A stretch of 64,000 nucleotides of DNA from positions 117,924,001-117,988,000 of the forward strand of contig NC_083224.1 of assembly GCF_032191835.1 (NCBI RefSeq), given 5' to 3'. Below the pieces are notes generated by a model. That model was not told the origin of the DNA and searched no databases. It was given only the letters and a program-made list of their open reading frames with translations. Shown one piece after another: positions 49,151-60,500 of the stretch; within the stretch, counting starts at the first letter, position 1; each line of letters starts with the position of its first letter. The position numbers and the translations under genes were made by a program. The stretch is from Heteronotia binoei. Lineage: Eukaryota.

Positions 49151-50624
49151 AATAATAATTATTATAATTATAATAATAATATGCATTTAGTGTTATATGG
49201 CTTGATTATACATAGTATTTTGTTTTGAGTTGGCTCTGTCACTGATCCATAACAGATAGCATCAAGAGAACTAGTAACTCCTTTCCTCTTAGAGTTGCAA
49301 ACCAGGCAGTCTAATCAGTAAAACTATATTTAGTCAGGTCACTAGAATCGCAGTGTGAAAACCAGTACAAATTAAGGCCTTATAACTAACTGTCCAGGTT
49401 CCAATGTTGTTTCACCATGAACCACCAGGTTCAGACATGGCTCTGAACTGTATTCCTAGAATATTTAAGGCTCTCCCCTTAAATCTACTAGAAATTGCTA
49501 GTGCACCTCCTTTCACCTCCCACTGGTTCCTCCTTCCTCCTGCTGCTACTTTTTGCCACTCCACATTTCTTTTCCAGCTGTTTTCTCTCTTCCTTGCTGC
49601 CTCAAACACAATCCCTGGCTGCTCCCTTCCCACTGCCTGTAGTGCCACTGCTGCCTCTATCCACCCACCACTCACCTCATGCAGCTTCCTCTCTTCAATG
49701 CTATGTAGGCTGGTTCCTACCTTCTCCACCTACAAACATGCATCTCTCCCTCAGCTGTCAATGACAGTCACTGTGTTACATAAGCACAAGGAGAAACAGT
49801 TTTGGGGGAACCATTTTGACAATCTCTGGAAGCCTAACATTAAAATAGCAGCTGAGTCACATGGACTTTCTGCAAACCATCAAACATGGGATCAATCCAT
49901 TGGGAGGACGGAGTGCAATCTGCACATGACAGGCTCTAAAAAACTGGCAAGATCATGACCAGTATGTAGGATCTAATTACAGAATCACAAAGAGAAAACC
50001 ACACAAATTTTCAAGGAAGGATGGGAAATTGGCATTACTCTGCAGCTGCACTAGGGCATCGGCAAAATTATCCCCCCCAATTAGTGACACAAGACTAAAA
50101 AAGCTCTCCAGAGCTTCTGTGAGAGGACTCCTCCCCTATACAAATTGCAGTCATGTGCAAAGCTTGGTGGAATGTATGCATATACACACACACGTTGCCA
50201 ACGATCAAAGCTTGCAATGCCAGTGTCAGTGGTTTCCACCATGTATTTTGTACACTCAGCATGTTCCCCCATATTAGATTCTGTGACTCTTCCCCATTTT
50301 TCACAATGGCTAATAACACAGCAGTAGGGGTGTGCAAAAAACCCTGATATTTTCCAATATTCCTGAATCCCAATATTGGTATTGGTATTCAGGATTTTTT
50401 GGAAATCATAGGTTATAATAGAGAATTGATCTAGGGGCATCTGGGTCTCTGAGGGGGCTGTTTTTTGAAGTAGTGGCACTGAAATTACAGTATAGCTGCT
50501 GATACCTCTCCTCAAAAAACCCCTCAGGTTTCAAAAAGATTGTGTTACCAGGAGGTGCTGCCTATGCTATGGGAGCACCCTAACATGCAGTGGGGTCCTC
50601 ATTTTCTGATCTGAACTGGGGAGC

Positions 50625-51234
50625 TATAGCGGTGGATCGATAAGAACAAGAATCAATACCAATACCTAATCAATATGTATGGCTTGGCGATGCTAGGATT
50701 AAATAACAGTGCTTTTGGGAAATAATCTTCTAGGACAGTTTAAGCAGAGGAGTTTTAGCTGGCTGAGAAAAAGGGAACTACAAAAGGTCGTTGACCTTTC
50801 AAAACCGCAGGCTGAAAAACATAGAACAGAGCCTGGAGAGAAGCAAGATAGGTACTGGGGATAAAGCAAGAAGTTGTGGGCGTGTGGGTAAAATGCTTCT
50901 AGAGAAAGAGGAACCAGGGCTTGCAGAGGCCTTAAGAAAGACCCTAAGAAGAACCCAGAGGGTTGAAAAACAACTCGAATTGTGGTGAGAACATGGGTGT
51001 TTTAAGGTAGTGAGTGGGTAGTGAGTGGGTAGTGAGTGGGTAGTGAGTGGGTGGAGGCCCCCTATAAGGGATGGCAGGTAGCTGCAGTCATTGCTCAGAC
51101 CCTCGGGTCTGGAGCCCGTGTATAGAGCGCTTATGCACGTTAAATAAAGAAGCTGTTTTCCTGACCTTGCCTCAGACCTCGTTTGTGAGTATGATTTACT
51201 ATTAATTGGACAACACAGGACTTTTCCTGCTACA
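50625..51234 (+). mobile_element. ERV 5' LTR (LTR-A, 610 bp)
   Basis: Starts TATAGC (TGTAGC with one change) and ends GCTACA. It has CCTATAAG at about 51061 and AATAAA at about 51143, is followed by a PBS, and is homologous to the LTR at 801-1410. Confidence 0.88.
51007..51050 (+). repeat. 11-bp tandem repeat x4 in the LTR U3 region
   Basis: (GTAGTGAGTGG)4 lies immediately upstream of the TATA-like box. Confidence 0.9.
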
Positions 51235-51240
51235 TAAATT

Positions 51241-51258
51241 TGGCGACCGCGGCAGGAC
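51241..51258 (+). promoter_or_regulatory. Primer-binding site for tRNA-Arg(TCG)
   Basis: TGGCGACCGCGGCAGGAC is complementary to the 3' 18 nt of vertebrate tRNA-Arg-TCG (...GTCCTGCCGCGGTCGCCA, recalled sequence). It lies 6 nt after the LTR end. Confidence 0.88.
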
Positions 51259-52673
51259 CGGGGGCCTTTAGCCCCTGATGATTAGCCCGGCCAGGTGCTG
51301 CTGTTGGCAGGGAGGACCAGATCCACGGTAGGAATTCCCAGCCTTCTTTTTGGCTGACCGTCATCTGCCCGCCCTGTCTTCAGTTAGCCTTTGACCGATG
51401 GCCTGATCTCGGACCGGCAAGAGGGCAACAGGAACCAGCTCTGCTTGGGAGACTCCGGAGTGTAAGTAGAGAGCCTTGAACCCAGGGCCCTGACAGTACA
51501 GGACCTTGTGCTCAACGTGATAGATTTCCTTCACCTGAAACAGTCTGATTGCAGTAATAGAACCTCTCTAACAGGGTAGGTGACCAAACGGGTCGCCTGA
51601 TGCCCATCCCAGCGGCCTAACCACCCGCAGACACCGGCAGCACCCTAGTACAGCCCGCTGGCAGGGGTAGTGGTTCTCTCCATACCAGCGCCCTGGAAGA
51701 TGTGCTTGCCTCGAGAAGTTGACAGGTCAGGGTTCCCTACCAACGCGGCTGCAGGGAGCCTACATGTCATTCGCCTGTCTGTCTGGGGAAGGGACGAAAT
51801 CGACCCTTCTGCCACCAATAGGGAATTATTGGGGGAAATTTTGTGTTTATTGTCTAGGGAAATTGTGGGTTTAGAAGTGACATATTTGTCTGGTATGCTT
51901 GATGTGTGCATGACGTGTGCCTGAGACAATACTTGCTATTGAAGCGATAGTGGATCTGTCAGTACCGCGTTTCCCGCCTGCGTGAGCACGGTGGGCCGGG
52001 ACCACAGAGAAGCGGCTGAATAGGATCCCATATATGTTACCCCTCCCTGTTCTTGTGTTCTAGTTGTCTGTCAGTCGGGGGGGGACGTATTGTAGACTTA
52101 TTAAAGCAGTCCCATATGTGCTCGTGGGGGGGCCGATGTTGATTATTGGTATTTAGAGGTGACCCAGGTCCAGAATGTTGGGACCCTAGAAATAAAATGC
52201 CATCTACCTCCTGGTATGATCAATGGTGGCCCTAGTATGGGCCACAGCAGCTTCTGCCCCTTTGCTTGTGTAACCATTACTGGAAGAGCTCAGCAAGTGG
52301 CTCAAGCTTTAATTTACAAGCCCATATATTACTGTGTGGAAGAGAGAACCGTTTATAAATTTCACTTGGGGTGTGACGACTAGGTATGTTTTGACCCACA
52401 CTAAAATGCTGGAGGCCAAGAGGTCACCTAATTCTCGAAATTTTTCAAATTGCACTGATTGCAGAGAAGTTGTCTGCTGAACAGTGGGAAGCCGCGGACG
52501 GGTTTCGCAGCACCCCCAGGCAGCTGGGTATAAAGGCTGATTGGGGTGATGTGAAATATTTCTGCAGTATTGCATAACCCTAGCCTTGCTCAGAAAAACG
52601 GGAAGTATGAATGTGGTTAAGTTAGTTAACAGATTGGTGTGGTGCCATATAGTGTGACAAAACAATGCATTTC
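51259..52673 (+). mobile_element. ERV leader region, truncated before any recognisable gag
   Basis: CpG-containing sequence after the PBS, with a splice-donor-like AGT|GTAAGT at about 51460. It ends abruptly at the duplicated flank. Confidence 0.7.
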
Positions 52674-52697
52674 ACCCCTCAGGTTTCAAAAAGATTG

Positions 52698-53697
52698 TGT
52701 TACCAGGAGGTGCTGCCTATGCTATGGGAGCACCCTAACATGCAGTGGGGTCCTCATTTTCTGATCTGAACTGGGGAGCTACCTGTCAGAAACAGACCAA
52801 TGAAAAACACTCTCTGCATGGGCCAGAGAACTTGCCCAGGCTTGTCTGAAAAGGTCTCTGCATAAGGTTACAACACAGATGCCCTCCAGGCCAATTCCTG
52901 TCTTCCTCCCCCTCTACCCAGCTATGAAATGTGTGAGACAATGAGTTCACAGGTAAGGTATTTCTTATTCCTTAATCTCTGGCTAGCAACTAATGACTAA
53001 TCTTTCCTATCTTCCTGCTCCAACTAAGCATCTTTTGTGTGTTCTATGAGCTATTGCACAACCCCCCTCCTCCCTTTCTGTATCCATTTCAGAGTGTCAA
53101 AATAAAATTAATAGTAAACATTGACCCATCATAGCTCTTCCTGACACCCATTAAGAGTCCTTCTCACTTTTTGTCTTTAACTGGGAATCCATTCAGGCAC
53201 CCAAGAAAAACCCATCAATGATGGTTAAGGCTGATCATAGCCCAGGAGTGGGTCTGCACATCTCCAAATACTATATAAACTGAGAGCAAGCCACACAACC
53301 CCGTGCATTGTGTGGGTGCCATTTACTCTATCTAATGGGGCCTCTTGGGCATATCACACTAGTCAGGCATGTCCCCATTTCCATTTTTCTCTATACGGAC
53401 TTCTGCACAACTGGACTGGTAAATATCACCTCTATAATGATCCCTGAACATCTCTATTCCTTACCCCTATTTTCCTAGCCTCTTGACTGTATGTATTTTG
53501 ATTGTTTTATGTGTGATTGTATTCCTACATATTTTTCCAAGTAAACATTTTTAAAATTTTTAACTCTGGAACCATCTTTCTGATACTGGACCTTTGTATT
53601 ATTGGTGGAAAGAATCCCACTCCAAACTAGCTCTATCTAAGCCTCTTTCTGCTAATTCCCCTATAAAAAGAAGATACAGCTAGCATTTTTGGAAACA
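52698..53697 (+). mobile_element. Solo LTR-B (1000 bp); its first 82 bp are duplicated at 50543-50624
   Basis: Termini TGTTACC...GGAAACA (6/7 inverted), a 4-bp TSD ATTG (50539-50542 or 52694-52697, and 53698-53701), and a TATA-like TATATAAA at about 53273. Confidence 0.8.
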
Positions 53698-55049
53698 ATT
53701 GGACCAGGGGGTTCAGTTCTATGGGCCCTCAAAGAAGATGTCCCATCATCTATTGGTTACAATGGCAGGAGAAAAGGCATTTAAAGGCATCACAGTCCCT
53801 TTAAATGCCTTCTCCAAACTGCAACTCTGCAAGTGAACTCCAAAGGTGTTTAAAGGGCTCATAGCCTCTTTAAACACTTCCAAGTGGTGAGTTTACCCAA
53901 AAGGCTTTAAAGAGACTACACCCTTTAAATACCCTTTAATGGCCATTTTGAATAGCTTGGCCATTTTGAATAGCTGACAAATAGCCTAATCTATATCCAG
54001 CTGAAAGAATATCTAGAAAATATTGATAAGGTATTTCTCAGATTTTTTTTAATTGCTTGGATATAGCTGAATGCACACCCCTATGCAGCAGAGAGTCCCA
54101 TAGTGCTTGGAAATATGGAAAATGGAGCTTTGCAGCTGCTTGTCAGTTTTGTTTTGTTTTTTTAAAAAGTCCCATCAGTTTCAACATTGGGTCTCCCTCC
54201 CTTTGCCTGCATTCTTTTCTGTTCCCTTTCATTCAACAAACTAAAATGCCTGTGCAAAACCTGAAACATGGGAATTTAAATGGAAGGTATTTGCTGGACG
54301 CTACTGCACAGCTGTGAAAGGGCAATCACGTATTTTTTAAAAATCTTTGGATGCCACCCCCATGTCACAAGTAACATTTCATCTCAGTTTAGAAAAGTGC
54401 ATTTTAAATTGCAGCTGCAGAATGAATACACCAGAGGAAAAAGAATGGTATGTAAGGGAGGCACATAATCCAAAATCAAGATTAAAGGCTTACTGCTCTA
54501 AAATGGGCCATATATATGAAAGATTTAAGCAAAGGGTCAGATAAACTCTCCTGAATAACTGCTCTTAAAGGGCTAGGGCATCAGTATATCTAATTCTCAA
54601 AGTGGCCAGATCAGTTCTGGACACTAGACCCATGAAGAGACAACACAGATCTTTCTACAAATCTGAGAAAAGCCTCAGATATGCAGAAAAATCTGAAATA
54701 AAAAAACAGTTGGAGGTTAAAATCCTCCAAAATGATAGAAGCAGCAGTTGTAGCTTTAAGAAACCGATTACTTCAGTGGCTGTTCCTAGGCAACCACACA
54801 GCATTTCCAGAGTTCAGGCTTTAGTTTCTGTCAGTAAAAGGCAAGTGAAGGGATCAGGCCCTCATCACCCACTTAGTTGAGCCCATCCCAGCCATTAAAA
54901 CATTTAACTGTTTTAAATGTTTAATTGCTTATATATTTATATTGTTTAATTGTATGTTTGATTAATTTCTGGAAGCCGCCCTGAGCCACTTGTGGGAAGG
55001 GCGGGATACAAATCAATAAATAAATAAATAAATAAAATACCATAAAACA

Positions 55050-55581
55050 GCCCAGGCAAAAACTTGTTGGTTTGAAAAAAACAACTTTGGATCCTTCCAA
55101 TTATCACCCAGTTTCAAATTTATTATTTCTATGCAAGATAATTGAGAGGGTGGTTGCCAAGCAGCTCCAGTGTTTCCTGGCTGACACGTCAGCACTAGAC
55201 CCATTCCAGTCTGGCTTCCGTCCTGGTCATGAGATGAAGATGGCTCTGGTCACCCTCACATATGAGCTCTATAGACAGCTGAATCAAGCCAGATCAGTGC
55301 TGCTGCTATTACTAGATCTTATAGCAGTATTTGACACAGTTGGCCATGATCTTCTAGCCCACTACCTCTCCAACACAGGAGTTCGTGGGGTAGTCCTGAA
55401 GTGGATCTCCTAATTCTTTCATGGTTGGGGGCAGAGGGTGGCACTGCATGATAGGATGTCCTCTAGGCACTCCAGGTTTGTGATGTGCCTCAGCGAGCCA
55501 TCCTCTCCCCAATGTTATTTAACATCTATATGCACCCCCTTGCCCAGCTGGCACAGAGTTTCAGGTTGAGTTGTCATTAAT
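55050..55581 (+). mobile_element. Degenerate L2 RT fragment, left part (continues at 61018-61440)
   Basis: NYHPVSNL.FL.K..ERVVA.QL, PFQSGFRPGH, LLDL.AVFDTV. The YADDTQL motif resumes directly after the inserted LINE. Confidence 0.8.
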
Positions 55582-56169
55582 GGCAGACTCGGAGGAAGGC
55601 AGCCGCTTGTCTCTTCGCTCCTACTAACGCTAAGTTGTTTTAATCTTTTAACTTTTATCTTGCCTTGACAGAAGGAATTGTTTTTAAATAATCTTATCCT
55701 ATCACCTCACTTTTGATATTTGGTGCCTCTGTTTTGTCTTTCCCAAGCTCTGGTTGTTTAATTAGTCAATAAGCCTCTGCTTTCGTTTTCCTAATCAGAA
55801 GCTGCTGCAGCTAACGACCTACAGCTGAAGTTTTATAAAGTTTTATAAAGTTTTACATAGTCTTAGCCTGTCTCTCAAAGACAGGGTTTTGTTTTTTTTT
55901 TTTGTTTGTTTGTTTTAGAATCTTTTAATTTGAACTGAAGGTTGAAATTAAGTCAACTCCTGCAAAGCAACAAGGCGGAGTGCAGTCGGCTACAGAGTTG
56001 GCTCTGACAAATTTGGCTTTTAAAGATATTTTACAATATTCTTAGCAGATGTTGTGGCTTTTATCTGTAAGTTTTAAGACATTAGTTGTTTGGTATTTGT
56101 TTTATTTTTTTATTTTTTTATTCATTTTTATCAGGACAGGGCTAATTGCCACCCAACAGAACCCTCTTA

Positions 56170-57555
56170 ATGGCATCAGGCAAGCGGCCAAGAGAAGTGG
56201 AGGAGGAATCTGCTTCTTTGCCACTTTGCAAACAGTTCAGGATAGAGGACTTTTTTACCTTAAACAATAAGTCCAAATCTGCTCTGCCGTCATTTGCTAT
56301 TGAAACATCGAATCGCTTCTCCCCTTTAGAAGACGAGGTAGAGCCTGCTGAAAAGGAGGAACCGACTAATGAATTGACTAATGAGTCTGATCACGAGGAT
56401 GGCGTTGACTCTCAACTCCTATCTGGGGTGGGGGCTTTAAAGGTGCAGCAGAGTCAGCATGATAATGAAGAAAGATCCATGTCTTCTGACGAACTTGCCC
56501 CAATTACCCTTATTGCAAGCACAGTGGATTGTATCTTTAAAAAGTTAAAGAGTTTAGAAGACCAAATTCTTGACCTTTCTTTAGAACTAAAGAGACTATC
56601 AGTGTCAATGGATAAAGTCTACTTAGCCCAGCTGGATGATACCTCTATTGGTGCTCTAGCCCCTTTAAAGCGATGTCCGTCTGCAACTCAGGAGGTTGAT
56701 CCCCGGAGCTCCTTTACGGAGTCTAAGGTCAGCGTGGGCCTTAAAAGGAACGTGCAACAATTGGTTCTACAGCCCAATAAGGTTTGCATCACTGTTTGTC
56801 CTTATGGCAGGAAGACCCCATGCTGGAGAAGTAAACTTTTAGCTAAATCCCATCTCTGTGAACTTCTTCATCTGAACTATCACAAAATTGACTTGATTAC
56901 CATTGAATCTCTTAATGATCAGTCTCAAATGCAGAGGATTCTGCTTACCTTTCAATCCTCCAACATTCCTTCACTAATTTTGAGGCGAAAGAATTACCTA
57001 TGGTCAAAGGGGGTTTTCCCTGTTCGATCTTTTATTAACTCTCAAACTAATGCTCTGCTGCCTAACCTGTCCGCAGGGGTCAGGACACGAAGTAATCCCC
57101 ATCTCTTGAAGAACGCATCATCTTCAGCGGCAAAATATAAGGCTGCAATGTGTCTTAAGGTATCCAGATCTGGTCAGTCCCAAGCAAACCCCGAGTTGCA
57201 TAATGAGTCATCAGTGCAGCCCTCTATGGATGTGACGCATAGTCCCCTTAATGTTTCATTAGAAGATGACCTTTTGCAGTCATTTGGGAGTCTTCCAGCA
57301 AAAGATCAACAGGCGATACTCATAAGACTTGAAGGTACTAAGCTGCAGCTGCAAAGGTCTTTAGAGCCGGGGAAATCAGTTCCTTCAATCAACCTAGATC
57401 CTGCAAGCAACCCCCTGCCCCCTTGTCCCCCATCAGCTGACTTAATTGATCTGTCTATGGAACTCTCTCTAACTGGCTCAAGGGCACCCCAACATAATGG
57501 TTGTATTTTCACTGATGACTCCAGGGTTCTAGAAAGGATATCCATTATCGATTGA
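56170..57555 (+). CDS. LINE ORF1 protein (461 aa from the first ATG)
   Basis: Uninterrupted frame with a KRPR basic motif, an SNRFSPL motif, a predicted coiled coil (FKKLKSLEDQILDLSLELKRL) and a putative RRM-like block. The track start at 56146 is a TTG. Confidence 0.85.
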   Translation: MASGKRPREVEEESASLPLCKQFRIEDFFTLNNKSKSALPSFAIETSNRFSPLEDEVEPAEKEEPTNELTNESDHEDGVDSQLLSGVGALKVQQSQHDNEERSMSSDELAPITLIASTVDCIFKKLKSLEDQILDLSLELKRLSVSMDKVYLAQLDDTSIGALAPLKRCPSATQEVDPRSSFTESKVSVGLKRNVQQLVLQPNKVCITVCPYGRKTPCWRSKLLAKSHLCELLHLNYHKIDLITIESLNDQSQMQRILLTFQSSNIPSLILRRKNYLWSKGVFPVRSFINSQTNALLPNLSAGVRTRSNPHLLKNASSSAAKYKAAMCLKVSRSGQSQANPELHNESSVQPSMDVTHSPLNVSLEDDLLQSFGSLPAKDQQAILIRLEGTKLQLQRSLEPGKSVPSINLDPASNPLPPCPPSADLIDLSMELSLTGSRAPQHNGCIFTDDSRVLERISIID

Positions 57556-60500
57556 CTACCAGCTAGGGAAGCCACAAGGAAGATCCACATCATCTCCTGG
57601 AACATTGCTGGGTGGAAGAGTAAAGCGAATGACTCAGATTTTTTGGACTTTTTGAAATCCTTTGATTGTGTCTTCCTTCAGGAAACATGGGCAGAAGACA
57701 GTTTTAGACTGACGGATTTTAAAGTTTTTAATCTCCCCGCTTATAGATCTCACTCTAAAGGTCGCAGTAAAGCAGGCATGGCTGCTTTGGTGAAATCCAG
57801 CTTACCATTTAAGGTGATCCTCTTGGATCCTTGCCCGCCAATTGCCCAGGCTTTATTGCTGTCCTCCCCAGCACTGACCCTAATCATGATTAATGTTTAT
57901 TTAGCCCCTTCTAATGGTGAGCTGGAGTTTGATGCTGTCTGGGAGAAATTTTCTGACTATGTGACGTCTTTGTCTAGGAAATTCCATACTGCTCAGCTCA
58001 TGATTTTTGGTGATTTTAATGCTCGGATAGGCAGTAACAATCAGAAATGGATCTCTCATTTTGGCTTTGAAGCGGTTGAATCCCCTCCACTACAACTATG
58101 TTTACCCCGTTGTTCTAAAGATACTTTAACCAATAAGGCGGGTCTTAGATTAATTGAATTCTGCATAGCGCACAATGTTATAATATTTAATGGTCTCTCC
58201 AAATTTCCAGCTGCAAATGACTTTACTTTTTTTTCCACAAGGGGTTGCAGTGTGATAGATTTTTGTGTGGGCTCATCCAACCTTCTGTCATCTATCGATA
58301 ACTTTTACATCGATCCGCGCACAGAAAGTGACCACCTGCCCCTAACTCTATCCCTACGATTGGATCTGGAGGTTAATATGGTATCACCTTCCCAATCCAT
58401 GAAGGCCCCTGAGAATGTTCTAAAAAAAATCAAGTGGTCCCCGGCCCTAGAAAGGGAGTTTTCTTCCCTCTTTGGCTCTGAAGCGCTATGCAGATTAAGG
58501 GATTCAATCATTAATTCCAATTCAGATGATTCAATCCTTTCAGGATTTTCATTATTAATTGATTATTGTAGTGCCAAAGCTAAACCGGTGATCTTGTCTA
58601 GGTCTAGTTTCTCCAGCTGGTTCGATACAGATTGTTTAGCTTGGAAACAAGAACTGAGAGCTCATTTTAAAGAGGCTTGTCACTCCAAAGACCAATCAAA
58701 AATTAAGGCCTACATTGCTTACAAGACAGCCTACCTGGAGCTTACTACATCCAAAAAGAAAGCTTTCTTTCAGAATAAATGGGACCAACTTTACCACTCG
58801 ATAAAATCTAACGATAATAAGGCCTTCTGGAGAATCATTTCAGGTAATCTAAAAAACAATTCTGTTACTGACCCAAATATCTCTGAGCAAACATGGGTTG
58901 ATTACTTCTCTAACATTTTTGCTGCCCCATGTGTATCCCCTCCCATCTTAGCAAACCCCTCAGTTACTGATATGCCGGTCTGGCCTCCAGTAACTCTAGA
59001 GGAAATCAGTGAGTTATTGAAGGATTTAAAAGCGGGTAAAGCACCTGGCCCTGATGGCCTTCCCACTGAGGTATTCACAAAGTTTGCCGATTGGTGGCTC
59101 TTGCCCCTTGCAAAATTGTTCTCTTTTATCGATCTGCATGGCTCCATCCCTGACTCTTGGCTTGACTCTATAATTATCCCAATATACAAAAAGGGGGGGT
59201 TGGAGTTACCAGAAAACTTCCGCCCCATTAGTTTATTATCTATAGTGGGCAAATTGTATGCAAAACATTTAGAACTCCGATTAACTGACTGGATGCGCCT
59301 AGGCAACATCATAGGTCCTGAACAGATTGGCTTCTCCAAAGGCAAATCTGCTATGGATCACTGCTGCACTCTGGCCTTCCTTGCTGAAAAATATATGCAT
59401 ACCGGGTCAAAAAAATTATATGCTGCCTTCATCGATTTGAAGGGTGCTTTTGATTCAATAGATAGAGCCCAACTATGGATCAAGCTAGGTTACCTGGGAA
59501 TGGACCCTCGTTTGCTGTTTCTCTTGAGGAAACTTCATTCTAATACCTTTTGCCAAGTGAAATTTTCTTCTAGCGGTGACTTGACTAGTAAAATCCCAGT
59601 GTTAAAGGGGGTAAAACAAGGTTGTGTGCTGGCCCCACATCTTTTTAATTTATTTTTAACTGACCTGGCACAATTTTTGACCCCTATCAATGGTCATCCG
59701 CCTAAACTTGCAGGCCGAGCGGTCCCCTTATTACTTTATGCCGATGACACTACCATCCTCTCTTGTACAAGAGTGGGCCTGCAAAGGTATTTGAACGCCT
59801 TTTATGACTACTGTAATTGTAATTCACTCTCTATCAATTATGCCAAATCTAAAGTAGTTGTCTTTTCAAATTGCTGGGGCCCACAGAGATGGTTTATTGG
59901 CAATTCAACAATCGAGCAAACAAAAATTTTTAAATACTTGGGGATCACTTTTAACCACAAGTTAAGCTGGGTTTCACATCGTAACAACACCATCAACTTG
60001 GCTAAGTGTTCAGCTGCTCAAATTAAACAGTTTTTCTTTGCAAGGGGCAACCAATTAGTTCCAGCAGCTATTAAAGTATTCAAAGCCAAAACGCTTGCCC
60101 AAATCCTCTATGGTATCCCTATATGGATCTCAGCTTTTACCAGGAAAGTGGAGGGCATTCAAGCCTCATTCTTTAGACAAATTCTTGGTTTGCCAAAATG
60201 TGTGTCCTACTTTGCTCTCTGCTCTGAAGTGGGTCAGTCTTTGGTGGAGACAAAAGCCTGGATTGCAGTGTTTAAATCCTGGCTCAAAATTCATTTTAGA
60301 ACAGATCCCAACAGCCTCCTTGATTGTATGAAAAGAGACCCATATATTTCGTCCTGGACAGCAGTGCTTCTGTCTAAACTCAATCAATTGGGGTTAGAGG
60401 TAGATGATTTTTCTACCTCTGAAGAGTCATATATCTTCAGATGTATTAAACTGAGACTGTGGGAATTGGAGGAAACGAAATTACGGCCAACTCTCCCTTA

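Larger units (their letters stand above)
50325..54083. mobile_element. hAT-type non-autonomous element (about 600 bp of its own sequence) hosting nested LTR elements
   Basis: TIRs TAGGGGTGTGCA / TGCACACCCCTA. The 8-bp flanks CACAGCAG / TGCAGCAG are both derivable from CGCAGCAG by CpG decay. The element is split at AAAAAGATTG|GACCAGGGGG. Confidence 0.75.

Noticed and set aside
49404-49958. 184-aa plus-strand ORF and overlapping minus-strand ORF
   Set aside because: Low-complexity, pyrimidine-rich sequence with no recognisable domain or splice support.
801-52673. Idea that the env/3'LTR piece and the 5'LTR/PBS piece are two halves of one provirus split by an inversion
   Set aside because: The two LTRs are homologous but visibly diverged, while each flank duplication is near-identical (young), and each fragment has its own target site.
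54782-54794. GTTCCTAGGCAAC resembling an RFX X-box
   Set aside because: It is an imperfect single motif with no promoter context.
57556-57612. Possible readthrough-stimulating stem (CTACCAGC with GCTGGGTGG) 3' of the TGA
   Set aside because: Pairing found by eye is short and bulged. It cannot be claimed without folding and covariation analysis.
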